A stretch of 64,000 bases of DNA from Sulfurimonas sp. (GTDB taxonomy: Bacteria; Campylobacterota; Campylobacteria; Campylobacterales; Sulfurimonadaceae), in NCBI GenBank assembly GCA_041662325.1, contig JBAZSU010000006.1, positions 183,161 to 247,160 of the forward strand. Reading direction: 5' to 3'. This document shows, piece after piece, positions 1-9,252 of the stretch. The position numbers and the translations under genes are program-made. A model generated the notes under the pieces. That model was not told where the DNA came from. It saw only the letters and a list, made by a program, of their open reading frames with translations, and searched no databases. How positions within the stretch are numbered: position 1 is the first letter of the stretch; every line of letters begins with the position of its first letter.

Positions 1-164
1 TGCTTCAAAGTCGCGCGGTTGATGACAGTAAAAATGTTCAGCCTACGGTAAATCAAGAAAAAGCGGTTATGGGTGTTGAGGGCGTTTATCACAGGAACTC
101 AATTTGTACTTGGGAAGTTACTAAGAAAGGGGAGGTGAATAATGTTCAAGTTAGATCTATTTAA
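1..164 (+). CDS. soxC: 3' end of sulfane dehydrogenase molybdopterin subunit SoxC (partial, 5' end outside the window)
   Basis: Frame 3 is open from the window edge to TAA at 162-164 (..RAVDDSKNVQPT..GVYHRNSICTWEVTKKGEVNNVQVRSI). The YH.N.I..W.V..G.V.NV tail resembles sulfite-oxidase-family C termini. It lies directly upstream of soxD-soxY-soxZ and overlaps the soxD start by 23 nt. It is under 60 aa, so absent from the ORF track. Confidence 0.55.
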   Translation, partial: LQSRAVDDSKNVQPTVNQEKAVMGVEGVYHRNSICTWEVTKKGEVNNVQVRSI

Positions 165-1317
165 GTTAATTACAACTAGCGTTGCTTTGGTATTAAGCTC
201 AACTCTTCTTTATGGAGGAAGTGACACAAGCGTTCTTCCTGGAAAATATGTTTCCAAGATGGGAGCTGTTGATGGTGGTGTTATATATCCAAGAAAAAAT
301 GGTACTTACACTGCTTATCGTTACAATGAACAAAGCACTAAAGGTGTAAATTTTGGTCGAATCCCAACTGCCAATGAGTTGAAAGCTTGGGACGCAGATA
401 TAATGCCGGACGGTACTGGTTTGCCTGATGGTGAAGGTTCTGTTGAAGAGGGTGATGAGCTTTACGAGAAACAGTGTTCTTCTTGTCATGGTGAGTTTGG
501 TGCAGGTGGTAAAGGTTATCCGACATTAACAGGTGGGAACCAAGAAAAATTGCCAAATGGAGTGATTAAAACTCTTACTAATCAAAGAACAGAGCCAGGA
601 ATGGAAGCTCCAAAAAGAACCATTGGTACATATTGGCCAAAGGCTACTACGCTCATTTGGTATATTAGAGATGCTATGCCGTATGCACATCCAAAAAGCT
701 TAACGAACAATAATATTTATGCGATTACTGCATATTTGTTAAAGCAAGATCAGATTCTTCTCGATGGCAAAGAAATGGAAGATGATACTGTGTTAAATAA
801 AGAAAAATTAATGAAGATAAAAATGCCAAATGAAAATGGTTTTTATCCAAATATAGATGGTCCAAATGGAGTTGAGAATGTAAGAAAATTCTTCTCTGAT
901 CGTGCTAAAAATATCGGTGCCGGTACTCGCTGTATGAAAGATTGCAAAGATCTAAGTGCAAAGGGAAATGAACCAACTGTAATGAGAATAGATAATGAAA
1001 TTACAGATGTTGTACCTCCATACTCAATGGTTAGAGATTTGCCACCTGAAGTAGAAAATAAGCTTGAATCAAAAGCTGAAAAAATGTATAATGAGTCTTG
1101 TAAACTTTGCCATGGCAGTGATAAAATGGGTGCTCCGGTTGTTGGAGACATAGAAGCTTGGCGTAAAGTTACAGAAAAAGGCTTTGAAAATGTAGTGCAT
1201 AATGCAATAGACGGTGTAGGTGGAATGCCTCCTAAAGGTGGCTATGAAAACTTTACAAACAGTGAAGTTCAAATGATAGTTGAATTTATGATAGACTCAA
1301 GTAAGAAAAAACAATAA
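142..1317 (+). CDS. soxD: Dihaem cytochrome c, SoxD-like subunit of SoxCD
   Basis: 391 aa with an N-terminal hydrophobic signal-like segment and two CxxCH haem-c motifs (CSSCHG, CKLCHG). A GGAGG-type RBS precedes the ATG. It sits between the soxC tail and soxYZ. Confidence 0.75.
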   Translation: MFKLDLFKLITTSVALVLSSTLLYGGSDTSVLPGKYVSKMGAVDGGVIYPRKNGTYTAYRYNEQSTKGVNFGRIPTANELKAWDADIMPDGTGLPDGEGSVEEGDELYEKQCSSCHGEFGAGGKGYPTLTGGNQEKLPNGVIKTLTNQRTEPGMEAPKRTIGTYWPKATTLIWYIRDAMPYAHPKSLTNNNIYAITAYLLKQDQILLDGKEMEDDTVLNKEKLMKIKMPNENGFYPNIDGPNGVENVRKFFSDRAKNIGAGTRCMKDCKDLSAKGNEPTVMRIDNEITDVVPPYSMVRDLPPEVENKLESKAEKMYNESCKLCHGSDKMGAPVVGDIEAWRKVTEKGFENVVHNAIDGVGGMPPKGGYENFTNSEVQMIVEFMIDSSKKKQ

Positions 1318-1334
1318 ACAAAAAGGAAAACAAA

Positions 1335-1793
1335 ATGGATAGAAGAAAATTTTTAGGCGTAAGTATTGTAGCAGCTGCTGCACTTATTGCCCCAGTAACA
1401 GAGTTAAAAGCGGTAGACTTTAGAGCTACTACACCAAAAGCGTTTGCTGCAGAGCATGTTCCTGAAGCTATTAAAGAGATGTTCGGTACAGCTGGATTGA
1501 AAGAAACTGATAAAATCAAGTTTACAGCACCAAAACTTGCTGAAAACGGTGGATCAATCCCACTTACAATTCAAAGTGATTTAGACCTTGAGTCTATTGC
1601 AATCTTTCAAGATGCAAACCCAAGAAGTACAACGGCGGTGTTTACAATTCCAGCTAATGCGATTATCGATTATGAATTTAGAATCAAATTGAGAAAAACA
1701 GCAGTAGTCACAATCGTAGCTAAAGGAAGAGATGGCGTATTATATACAACAGCGAAAGAGATAGATGTTTCTATCGGCGGATGTGGTGGTTGA
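1335..1793 (+). CDS. soxY: Sulfur carrier protein SoxY
   Basis: 152 aa with twin-arginine leader MDRRKFLG and the diagnostic C-terminal GGCGG carrier-cysteine motif. Confidence 0.9.
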   Translation: MDRRKFLGVSIVAAAALIAPVTELKAVDFRATTPKAFAAEHVPEAIKEMFGTAGLKETDKIKFTAPKLAENGGSIPLTIQSDLDLESIAIFQDANPRSTTAVFTIPANAIIDYEFRIKLRKTAVVTIVAKGRDGVLYTTAKEIDVSIGGCGG

Positions 1794-1858
1794 TTTATCT
1801 CCATCAGTTATAACACAATATAAGCAAAAAAATAAAATAAAACAAAAAGGTAAATAAA

Positions 1859-2158
1859 ATGGGAAATATGAAAATTAAAGCAAAAGAAAAAGATGGCGTT
1901 GTAGGTGTAAAAGCGATGTTTACAAGCTTGATGGCAGACAAAGAAGAAGCAGAAAAAAAGAAAATAGCATCGGAGTTCATTACTCAAATCGTTGCTAAAA
2001 ACAATGGAGCGGTTGTATTTGAAGTAACAACAAGTGGATTTATGGCTGAAAACCCCCTTTTTAAGTTTTCGTATAAGGGCAAGGTAGGCGATAAATTAGA
2101 AATAACAACAACAGACAACAGTGGAAAAACAGAGACAGAGACTGAAGCAGTTAAATAA
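1859..2158 (+). CDS. soxZ: Sulfur compound chelating protein SoxZ
   Basis: 99 aa immediately after soxY. Size, position and the N-terminal KIKAKEKDGVVGVKAMF strand fit SoxZ. Confidence 0.8.
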   Translation: MGNMKIKAKEKDGVVGVKAMFTSLMADKEEAEKKKIASEFITQIVAKNNGAVVFEVTTSGFMAENPLFKFSYKGKVGDKLEITTTDNSGKTETETEAVK

Positions 2159-2166
2159 GGATACTT

Positions 2167-3273
2167 ATGAAAATCAAATTAATTCTTTTATTCTCAATAT
2201 TGGCATTTGTTGTGTCGATGCCGTTTATATTTAATAAAAGTGTTACAATTACAGACTCGCATAAACTTGATGCTGACGGTAATTTTATAATTAACGAATG
2301 GGTGGAGTCGCGCGAAAGCGCGGCTCCTGATTGGAATTATAATTTAAAGCCAGTAAAAGTCAGTGATAGGGTCTGGTGTTTCTTTGGTGCATTAGAAATG
2401 CCTACAAAAGAAAATGCTGGAGATATGTCAAATAGTTGTTACATTAAAGGTGATGATAGTTGGATAGCATGGGATAGTGGTCCTTCATATAAATTTGCCG
2501 AACAGGCATATGCAGCTATGAGTAAAATTGCAAATCTTCCTGTTAAGACGGTTATAGTGAGTCATGAGCATGATGATCATTGGTTAGGAAATAACTACTA
2601 TAAAGAAGTGCATGGTGCTAAGATTATAGGTACAAAATCTATAAATGTAAACTACTATGGCCCAAAAGATATTAATGGAACAAAATATCCAGGTATGCAA
2701 ACAAGAATGGTTAAAACCTTATATCAAGATGCTCTCAGAAAAACTCAACTGGTGCCTGTTGATGAGTCATTCGAAGATACAACAAATTTCACTATCTCTG
2801 GTGTAAACTTGGAATATGTACATGTCGGGTATGCACACTCTGAAGATGATTGGTTCCTGTATTTACCGGATGATAAAGTTGTTTTAGTTGCTGATGTGGT
2901 TATGAATGGAAGGGTTACTTCAAACAGAGATGGAATTATTATCGGTCAAATTGAAGCGCTTAAGGCAATAAAATCTAGAGATTGGAATCATTTAGTTCCA
3001 GGACATGGTTTTATTACTGATAAAACAGCTGCTGATGAATCTGTTCAATATTTCGATCTAACTAAGACAAGAGTTTTGCAAGCTATTGAAGATGGTGTGG
3101 CAGCAGATGACATTACAAAAACTGTTACTCTTGAAGAGTTTAGAGATAAAGATTTGTACTACATTCTTAGTGCACAAAATGTATTTAGAGCTTATGAAGA
3201 GCTTGAGATGTATGATGAAGATGCAGATCCTAAAGATAGCGTTAAAGTTAAATCAAATGCTAAAGAAGAGTGA
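2167..3273 (+). CDS. Periplasmic metallo-beta-lactamase-fold protein (SoxH-like)
   Basis: 368 aa with a signal/anchor segment and the HxHxDH metal motif (SHEHDDHW), plus later His/Asp ligands (HSEDD, PGHG). Its position inside a sox locus parallels SoxH of Paracoccus. Confidence 0.7.
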   Translation: MKIKLILLFSILAFVVSMPFIFNKSVTITDSHKLDADGNFIINEWVESRESAAPDWNYNLKPVKVSDRVWCFFGALEMPTKENAGDMSNSCYIKGDDSWIAWDSGPSYKFAEQAYAAMSKIANLPVKTVIVSHEHDDHWLGNNYYKEVHGAKIIGTKSINVNYYGPKDINGTKYPGMQTRMVKTLYQDALRKTQLVPVDESFEDTTNFTISGVNLEYVHVGYAHSEDDWFLYLPDDKVVLVADVVMNGRVTSNRDGIIIGQIEALKAIKSRDWNHLVPGHGFITDKTAADESVQYFDLTKTRVLQAIEDGVAADDITKTVTLEEFRDKDLYYILSAQNVFRAYEELEMYDEDADPKDSVKVKSNAKEE

Positions 3274-3283
3274 TAATCTCTAA

Positions 3284-3733
3284 ATGATTAAATTTTTTAT
3301 TTTACTGGTTCTTATTATTAGCATTAATTATGCTGATAACATTAAAATAGATACAATTTTTGGTGAAGCAAAAAAGTCACATAGGCATGTGTTGATTTTT
3401 TTGCATAAGCCAAATTGCGGATATTGTGAAAGGATGATTGATTTCACACTTGAAAGTGAGAAAATAGACCTCAAGATAAAAAAAGACTTTATTTTTGTTG
3501 ATATTAATATTGCAGATGCTGGAGAAGTTAGTTTTAAAAACTTTAAAGGGAGCAGACGCGACTTTGCAAAGTTTTTAGGTTATGATTTTTACCCAAGTAC
3601 TATATTTATGAACAAAGATAAAGAAATTGTATATTCTCAACCAGGATATCAAGAAGAAAATAAATATTTTAAAATTTTGAGCTATATAAGTAGCCACTCT
3701 TATGAAGAGATGGGTATAGAAGACTTTAAATAA
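3284..3733 (+). CDS. Thioredoxin-fold protein with CGYC redox motif (SoxW/SoxS-like candidate)
   Basis: 149 aa with a signal-like N terminus and a CxxC motif (PNCGYCERM) in thioredoxin-like context. Confidence 0.6.
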   Translation: MIKFFILLVLIISINYADNIKIDTIFGEAKKSHRHVLIFLHKPNCGYCERMIDFTLESEKIDLKIKKDFIFVDINIADAGEVSFKNFKGSRRDFAKFLGYDFYPSTIFMNKDKEIVYSQPGYQEENKYFKILSYISSHSYEEMGIEDFK

Positions 3734-3745
3734 ATAAGGGTTTAT

Positions 3746-4180
3746 ATGTTAATAGTTGGAAAAGTTTTAGAACTGTTTTATTCTACAAATGATGGTAGAA
3801 TAAATGCAACAGAGCTTGCTCTTGATAATAAGGGCGTTATTAAAGATAAATATTACAATAAGAATATACAAAGATCAGTTCTGATAACTTCACAAGATAG
3901 CTATAATTTGGCAAAAACACATGGCATAGATGCACCTTACAACTCGTTGGGTGAGAATATACTAATTGATTTCAATCCATACCATTTAAAACCAGGTGCA
4001 AAAATCATGATAGGTGAGCTTACGCTAGAGATTAGCCAAAATTGTACACTCTGTGAAAGTCTTGCGAAAGTAGATGCCAAATTACCAAATATACTTAAAG
4101 ATGATAGAGGAATTTTTGCAAAGGTGATTAACGGCGCAACTATTAAAAAAAATGATTCTGTTTATCTTTTAGATGAGTAG
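3746..4180 (+). CDS. MOSC domain protein
   Basis: 144 aa. The beta-barrel-like GENILID..PGAKIMIGE..LEISQNCTLCESL pattern, with a conserved Cys near the C terminus, is typical of YiiM/MOSC proteins. Confidence 0.6.
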   Translation: MLIVGKVLELFYSTNDGRINATELALDNKGVIKDKYYNKNIQRSVLITSQDSYNLAKTHGIDAPYNSLGENILIDFNPYHLKPGAKIMIGELTLEISQNCTLCESLAKVDAKLPNILKDDRGIFAKVINGATIKKNDSVYLLDE

Positions 4181-4218
4181 TAAAAGTTTCTTAATATCAG
4201 AAAAGGAAAGGAAAAGAT

Positions 4219-5157
4219 ATGAAATCAATTATAAAATGTTTAGTCGCGGCACTCTTGCTTGTGACTGGAGTTACTGCGAGCGCAGCGCAAGACATTCATA
4301 TTTACACGACTGATAACTCTAAGGGTAATATTACAGGAGCAACAATTCAAAAGACTTTTGCAGAAGCAGGGTTTACTATTTCTGGAAACAATGACATGAA
4401 TAAAGCCTTTGAATCAAAGTTTCAAAAAACAAATCATAAGATGTATCATCTTTTTACTCTTTATAAAAAAGATTTAGTTTTAGAATTAGTTAAAGTATCT
4501 CCTAAAGCTGCATTATTTACACCTCTAAGTATGTCAATATACATGGGTAAAGATTCAAATAATATCTCAATTTCATCTCTATCAATAGATGGTATGGCAA
4601 AAATAACTGGCATATCTGCTGATAATAAATATATGAAAGAGTACAGTAAGCTTGTTATAGATACTCTTGCAAAAGCTTTACCAAATGGGCACTTTGAAAA
4701 AATAGCAAATATGCCGTTGAAAGCTGAAGGTGAATTAGTTACAACCTTCACAACAGAAATGGAAGTTCAAGGTGATGCTGTTCAAGACAAGCTAGAGGGT
4801 CTTCAGACAGAGCTAGAGGGTTCACTTGAAACTGTTGGATTTGTTATTGCTGGATATAATAAACTCGGAGATGAGTTTAAACAGGCTGGTTATGACAAAT
4901 ATGATTTTTTTGATGCATACTCTATTTGTAAACTTCCAGTTATATTTGAAGTAGCAAAAAACCATCCTGAAGCTGGTGCATATGCTCCCTGTACTCTCTA
5001 TATGTATAAAGAGAAAGGCTCTTCAGTTGTAAATATGGCATATCCGTCAGTATATAACTGGATAAGCTCTTTAGCAATTAAAGACAAACAATCTATAAAG
5101 GTACTAAAAGATGCTCAGGAACTTATGGTAAAAGTAATTAAAGAAGTAACAGAGTAA
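4219..5157 (+). CDS. Periplasmic protein with two DUF302-like halves
   Basis: 312 aa with a cleavable-looking signal (..VTASAAQD). Two segments resemble DUF302 (..LFTPLSMSIYMGKD.. and ..AGAYAPCTLYMYKEKG..). Confidence 0.45.
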   Translation: MKSIIKCLVAALLLVTGVTASAAQDIHIYTTDNSKGNITGATIQKTFAEAGFTISGNNDMNKAFESKFQKTNHKMYHLFTLYKKDLVLELVKVSPKAALFTPLSMSIYMGKDSNNISISSLSIDGMAKITGISADNKYMKEYSKLVIDTLAKALPNGHFEKIANMPLKAEGELVTTFTTEMEVQGDAVQDKLEGLQTELEGSLETVGFVIAGYNKLGDEFKQAGYDKYDFFDAYSICKLPVIFEVAKNHPEAGAYAPCTLYMYKEKGSSVVNMAYPSVYNWISSLAIKDKQSIKVLKDAQELMVKVIKEVTE

Positions 5158-5178
5158 TTAAAAACAAAGGATGTCCTA

Positions 5179-6522
5179 ATGGCTATATCAAGAAGAAAGG
5201 CCTTACAACTTTCAGGTCTATTTGTCGCAACAACTGCAGTAAGTGGATATAGCGAAGCAGACAAGCTAAAATCAAATCAAGAACCTAAAACTAAAGTAAC
5301 TAATAATGCACCAATTGCAGATGCAAAAGGTCCTAGAGTTGTTGTTGTTGGTGGTGGATGGTCTGGACTATCAATTGCGAAATATACAAAAATATTTGCT
5401 CCAAATGCTGATGTGATTTTGGTTGAGCAAAGACATGAATTTATTTCTTGTCCACTGAGTAACTTATGGCTGGTAGATAAGATAAAGTTAGAATATCTAA
5501 CACATGATTATCTTCAGGCTGCAAGAGAGAACAACTATACATACTTTCATGCAACTGCTATTGGTTTAGATAGAAAAAATCGCCTTTTACAGACTAGTGA
5601 TGGAGATATTAATTTTGACTATCTTGTTTTTGCACCTGGTATTGATTATGATTACTCTCGTTGGACAAAAGATATTGCTTTTGAAACTAGACTAAGACAG
5701 GAGTATCCAGCTGGTTTTATACCTGGATCTGAACATATTAGTCTAAGAAACAAGGTTCTAAACTTTAAAGGTGGAAACTTCATACTAACTGTCCCAAGCG
5801 GGAACTATAGATGCCTTCCTGCGCCGTATGAGAGAGCTTGCGTTATCGCAGATTATTTCAAACAAAAGGGAATAAAAGGAAAAGTTATATTACTTGATGA
5901 AAATAATGCTATAACTATTAAGAAAAAAGGCTTTCAATCTGCTTTTGATGAACTCTATAGTGATTATATTGACTATCGACCAAACACAGCTATCAAGAAA
6001 TTTGACCTAGACAAGAAAATAGTTGAAACTGAATTTGAAGATATTCACTTCGAAGAAGCTGCATTTTATCCGCATGTTAGAGGAGCAAAAATTTTAGAAA
6101 AAGTTGGTATTGCCAAAGATGGGCAAAATAAACTAGAAGGAAATATAAATCCTTTAACATACGAAGTAAAAGATGAAAAAAATATATATGTGACTGGAGA
6201 TTCTAGACCAATGGGCTTTTCTAAGTCAGGAAATACTTCAAACTCTGAAGGTCATCATGTAGCTCAATTAATAGCACAAAAAATAAATAAAACAGAAGAA
6301 ATTAAATGGTATCCACCAACAACCACTTGTTTTTCTGCTATTTCTATAAATCCTGAAAGAGCCATATACATCTATACTCAATATGCTTATAACAAAACAG
6401 ATGAAACATTTGATTTTGCGTCTACGAGCAGCAGTGAGGACTGGAAAAAAGATGGAATTGCAAATGCAAATTCTATTTATGCTTGGGCTAATACCCTATA
6501 TTCAGACATGTTTGACAAATAA
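5179..6522 (+). CDS. Tat-exported FAD-dependent sulfide dehydrogenase flavoprotein (FccB/SoxF-like)
   Basis: 447 aa with twin-arginine leader (SRRKALQL) and a Rossmann dinucleotide motif (VVVVGGGWSGLS). Sits in a sox context. Confidence 0.75.
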   Translation: MAISRRKALQLSGLFVATTAVSGYSEADKLKSNQEPKTKVTNNAPIADAKGPRVVVVGGGWSGLSIAKYTKIFAPNADVILVEQRHEFISCPLSNLWLVDKIKLEYLTHDYLQAARENNYTYFHATAIGLDRKNRLLQTSDGDINFDYLVFAPGIDYDYSRWTKDIAFETRLRQEYPAGFIPGSEHISLRNKVLNFKGGNFILTVPSGNYRCLPAPYERACVIADYFKQKGIKGKVILLDENNAITIKKKGFQSAFDELYSDYIDYRPNTAIKKFDLDKKIVETEFEDIHFEEAAFYPHVRGAKILEKVGIAKDGQNKLEGNINPLTYEVKDEKNIYVTGDSRPMGFSKSGNTSNSEGHHVAQLIAQKINKTEEIKWYPPTTTCFSAISINPERAIYIYTQYAYNKTDETFDFASTSSSEDWKKDGIANANSIYAWANTLYSDMFDK

Positions 6523-6550
6523 AAAAAATTAAAGAAAAAAAGGGAAAAAA

Positions 6551-7141
6551 ATGAATCCAATAAAAAATATTTTAGCTGTTATTGGCGCTGTAGTTATAGT
6601 GGGTGTGCTTTTTGCATTCGTAAAGTTTGACTTAGGTACAAGAATAAAACAAGCATCAAAATTAGACCCTCAAGCAATTGGTGCTTATATGCAAATGGCT
6701 GACGGTGTTCTTACTACAGGTAACTCTGCAGAAGCTATGATTAGAAAAGTTAAAATCGACCCGAAAGTTTCTACCGAAGAAGTTGTAGAAGCAATGAAAA
6801 GTATAGCAACTGATGCCAATATGCTTCAAGTTGGAGATTCACATATGGCTGAAGAGAAGGATTATGAAGGTAAGAGACAGAGATATATCAGAATTCTTCA
6901 CTACTGTAGTCCTGGTATAGCAAAAACATTTATTGATTATTCGGTTGCATATGGTGCATTTATGCCTTGTAGAATTCTTATCGTAGAAGATGATAAAGGG
7001 GATAGATGGCTAGTTACAATGGCAATGGAACTTATGCTTTTTGGCGGACATACATTACCACCTGAGATGCTAGAAAAAGCTAACCATGTAAGATCAACTA
7101 TGTATAAAATGATGGATTTAGGCGCTAAAGGCGAATTTTAA
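6551..7141 (+). CDS. Membrane-anchored DUF302 domain protein
   Basis: 196 aa with an N-terminal TM helix and a DUF302-like core (..AYGAFMPCRILIVEDDKGDRWLVTM..). Confidence 0.6.
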   Translation: MNPIKNILAVIGAVVIVGVLFAFVKFDLGTRIKQASKLDPQAIGAYMQMADGVLTTGNSAEAMIRKVKIDPKVSTEEVVEAMKSIATDANMLQVGDSHMAEEKDYEGKRQRYIRILHYCSPGIAKTFIDYSVAYGAFMPCRILIVEDDKGDRWLVTMAMELMLFGGHTLPPEMLEKANHVRSTMYKMMDLGAKGEF

Positions 7142-7188
7142 AATTATTACTGTTAACAATGTTATATAGCATGTGAAATTTATTTCAT

Positions 7189-7213
7189 CATGCTAATAGT
7201 AAATATTAGCATG
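7189..7213. terminator. Bidirectional hairpin between convergent genes
   Basis: Perfect 10-bp stem catgctaata / tattagcatg with a 5-nt loop. It lies between the ends of 6551..7141(+) and 7228..8289(-). Confidence 0.5.
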
Positions 7214-7227
7214 TTTGAAGACTGCTA

Positions 7228-8289
7228 CTACTTCTCTTTTGGTTCAGTAGCGGATTTTGCAGATTTTATAGCACTCTCAAGAGCCGTTTTTGCTATTCCC
7301 CATGCCTGTTTACCCATTCTTTTTGCCTCTTGTGCTGTCTGAGATTTTAGAGCATTATCAGCTTTTCTAACAGCCGATTTAGCAAGAGATGAAAATCTCT
7401 CTCTCATTATTTCAGCAGCTTCTTTTGAAATATGAACCAACTCTTCAAGATCATATGACATATTTTGATTTATCTCTAAAAGTATTTTTTCAGTACTGGA
7501 TAAACTCTGAGTGGCTTGCGTTTGAACAACTTGTGAGAAGAGAATGTCCGTTTGGTTTAAATCTTCGATTATAGTGTCATAATCCTCAATTAGAATATGT
7601 TTCGCTTCAATTGGCATGTATGCAAGACGTTTTTTAAATCTGTCTATTGAGCGAACAAGACCGCTTCTCATGCCCTTAAGGGTCGCATTTAGTATCTCCT
7701 CTGCTCTTGTTGGAGTCGCTTCTGCAACATCTATTGCCGATTGCAAAATAGTAGAGAGGATTTTTCTGATTCTAATTGTATTAAGGGAACCTTCTTTAAT
7801 AGCTTCAAAAGTTAACTCCTTAATCATCTCCTCTGTTGCTTCCTTTATATCACCGTCTGTATCCTTTTCAAGAGCCGTAATAATCGCAGATTCAACCATT
7901 TCACCAAGTAAATCAAATAAATCAATGGATTGCAGTTTGACCTGATGCAGTTTTGATAAGATTTGAGTATCATCAGGATTCACTTGCATCTCCATAGCGT
8001 TAAAAACACGATATTTTAACTCTTGGAGTACTTCAGATTTTCTATCAAGATTTCGCTCTATCTGCTCTTTCTTGGCTAGAAGTATTTCAACTTCATCCTG
8101 AAGAGTTTTGGTTTCGATGTCCAAAATTGCAGTTGCCAATGTTTTTATTTCATGCAGATTGAGAGCATTTGCATCAACATTCCACTCTGTCACTAAGTGT
8201 TTTACAATGTCCTCAACTCTTTCATTCACTGTCGGAAGTTCTCTCTTATACGAGTTTTTTAAGTCTCTTTGTAGTTTTTCTAAATCCAT
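7228..8289 (-). CDS. Hypothetical acidic, helix-rich protein
   Basis: 353-aa ORF with no TM segment and no recognised motif. It starts 10 nt downstream of the DUF493 gene on the same strand. Confidence 0.55.
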   Translation of the reverse strand: MDLEKLQRDLKNSYKRELPTVNERVEDIVKHLVTEWNVDANALNLHEIKTLATAILDIETKTLQDEVEILLAKKEQIERNLDRKSEVLQELKYRVFNAMEMQVNPDDTQILSKLHQVKLQSIDLFDLLGEMVESAIITALEKDTDGDIKEATEEMIKELTFEAIKEGSLNTIRIRKILSTILQSAIDVAEATPTRAEEILNATLKGMRSGLVRSIDRFKKRLAYMPIEAKHILIEDYDTIIEDLNQTDILFSQVVQTQATQSLSSTEKILLEINQNMSYDLEELVHISKEAAEIMRERFSSLAKSAVRKADNALKSQTAQEAKRMGKQAWGIAKTALESAIKSAKSATEPKEK

Positions 8290-8299
8290 ATTGATCTCC

Positions 8300-8602
8300 T
8301 TAGAGTACCATTTTAATATTTTGGTGGCTTTTTAAAGCTTCATAAATAAAGTTTCTATCATCTTCATTATGGACAAGTAAATCAAGATTCATGCTGATAT
8401 ATTTATTTGTTTTACTGACATTTGAATGGTTTAGATTATGCTCTCTTTCCAAAATAACCTCATGAATTGCCTTTTGTATGGCCTCTTTTTCATGACCTAT
8501 AAGTTTATAAGACCAAGTACATGGATAAGTTAACTCCAATTTCTGAGCACTATCGTTGATAATCTCCACTTTTGCCTCCTGATTTAGTTTCAAGCTGTAC
8601 AT
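8300..8602 (-). CDS. DUF493 (YbeD/HP0495-like) small protein
   Basis: 100 aa. The [11 protein letters not shown] motif is typical of the DUF493 family. The ATG start overlaps the moaC 3' end by 53 nt; an in-frame GTG at 8569 would shorten the overlap. Confidence 0.6.
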   Translation of the reverse strand: MYSLKLNQEAKVEIINDSAQKLELTYPCTWSYKLIGHEKEAIQKAIHEVILEREHNLNHSNVSKTNKYISMNLDLLVHNEDDRNFIYEALKSHQNIKMVL

Positions 8603-9020
8603 TTCTAATAATCATGCTTTTGTCTATCGCTTTAACCATATCGTAAATTGTCAAAAGACCTATGCTTGTTCCGGTAAGCGCTTCCATCTCAACTCCGGTT
8701 TGACCCGTTAGCTTTGCAGTCAAAGTAAGTTTAAATCCCGGGAGTTCTGGAAGCTCTTCAACATCACAGTTAATTCCACTAAGATTTAACGGATGGCACA
8801 TGGGAATAAGCTCACTTGTCTTTTTAGCACCCATAATCGCCGCTATGACTGCCGTTTGAAGTACTGGACCCTTCTTGGTCTTTTCAGTGACAATTGCGTT
8901 ATAAGCATCTCTGCTCATTTCAATCATTCCGCTTGCAACAGCAACTCTTGTTGTTTGGATTTTATCGGAGACATCCACCATTTTAGGTCTATCTTTTTCA
9001 TCAAGATGTGTTAAGTTCAT
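8550..9020 (-). CDS. moaC: Cyclic pyranopterin monophosphate synthase MoaC
   Basis: 156 aa with conserved MoaC motifs ([51 protein letters not shown]). Confidence 0.9.
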   Translation of the reverse strand: MNLTHLDEKDRPKMVDVSDKIQTTRVAVASGMIEMSRDAYNAIVTEKTKKGPVLQTAVIAAIMGAKKTSELIPMCHPLNLSGINCDVEELPELPGFKLTLTAKLTGQTGVEMEALTGTSIGLLTIYDMVKAIDKSMIIRNVQLETKSGGKSGDYQR

Positions 9021-9175
9021 GATTCCTCATCTTTGTTAATATTTTTATATTATATCCAATGGTGTTAAATAGTTATCCAGCACTGCAAAACTTCGTCACC
9101 TGTTTTTCTAAGTTTATTTACTACTTATTTTAAATATTTTAGAGCTTATCGAATAGAATGAGAGGATTTGCAAAG

Positions 9176-9216
9176 ATTTTACACACTTTTATCAAAAATG
9201 CGTAAAGTCAGTTATT
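9176..9216 (+). repeat. Copy 1 of a ~41-nt AT-rich palindromic intergenic element
   Basis: attttacacacttttatcaaaaatgcgtaaagtcagttatt. It differs at 6 of 41 positions from 16359..16399, and a diverged inverted copy lies at 56360..56399. Confidence 0.7.
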
Positions 9217-9252
9217 ATTTCGTTTATAAAACAAGTCAACAACTATTTAGAT

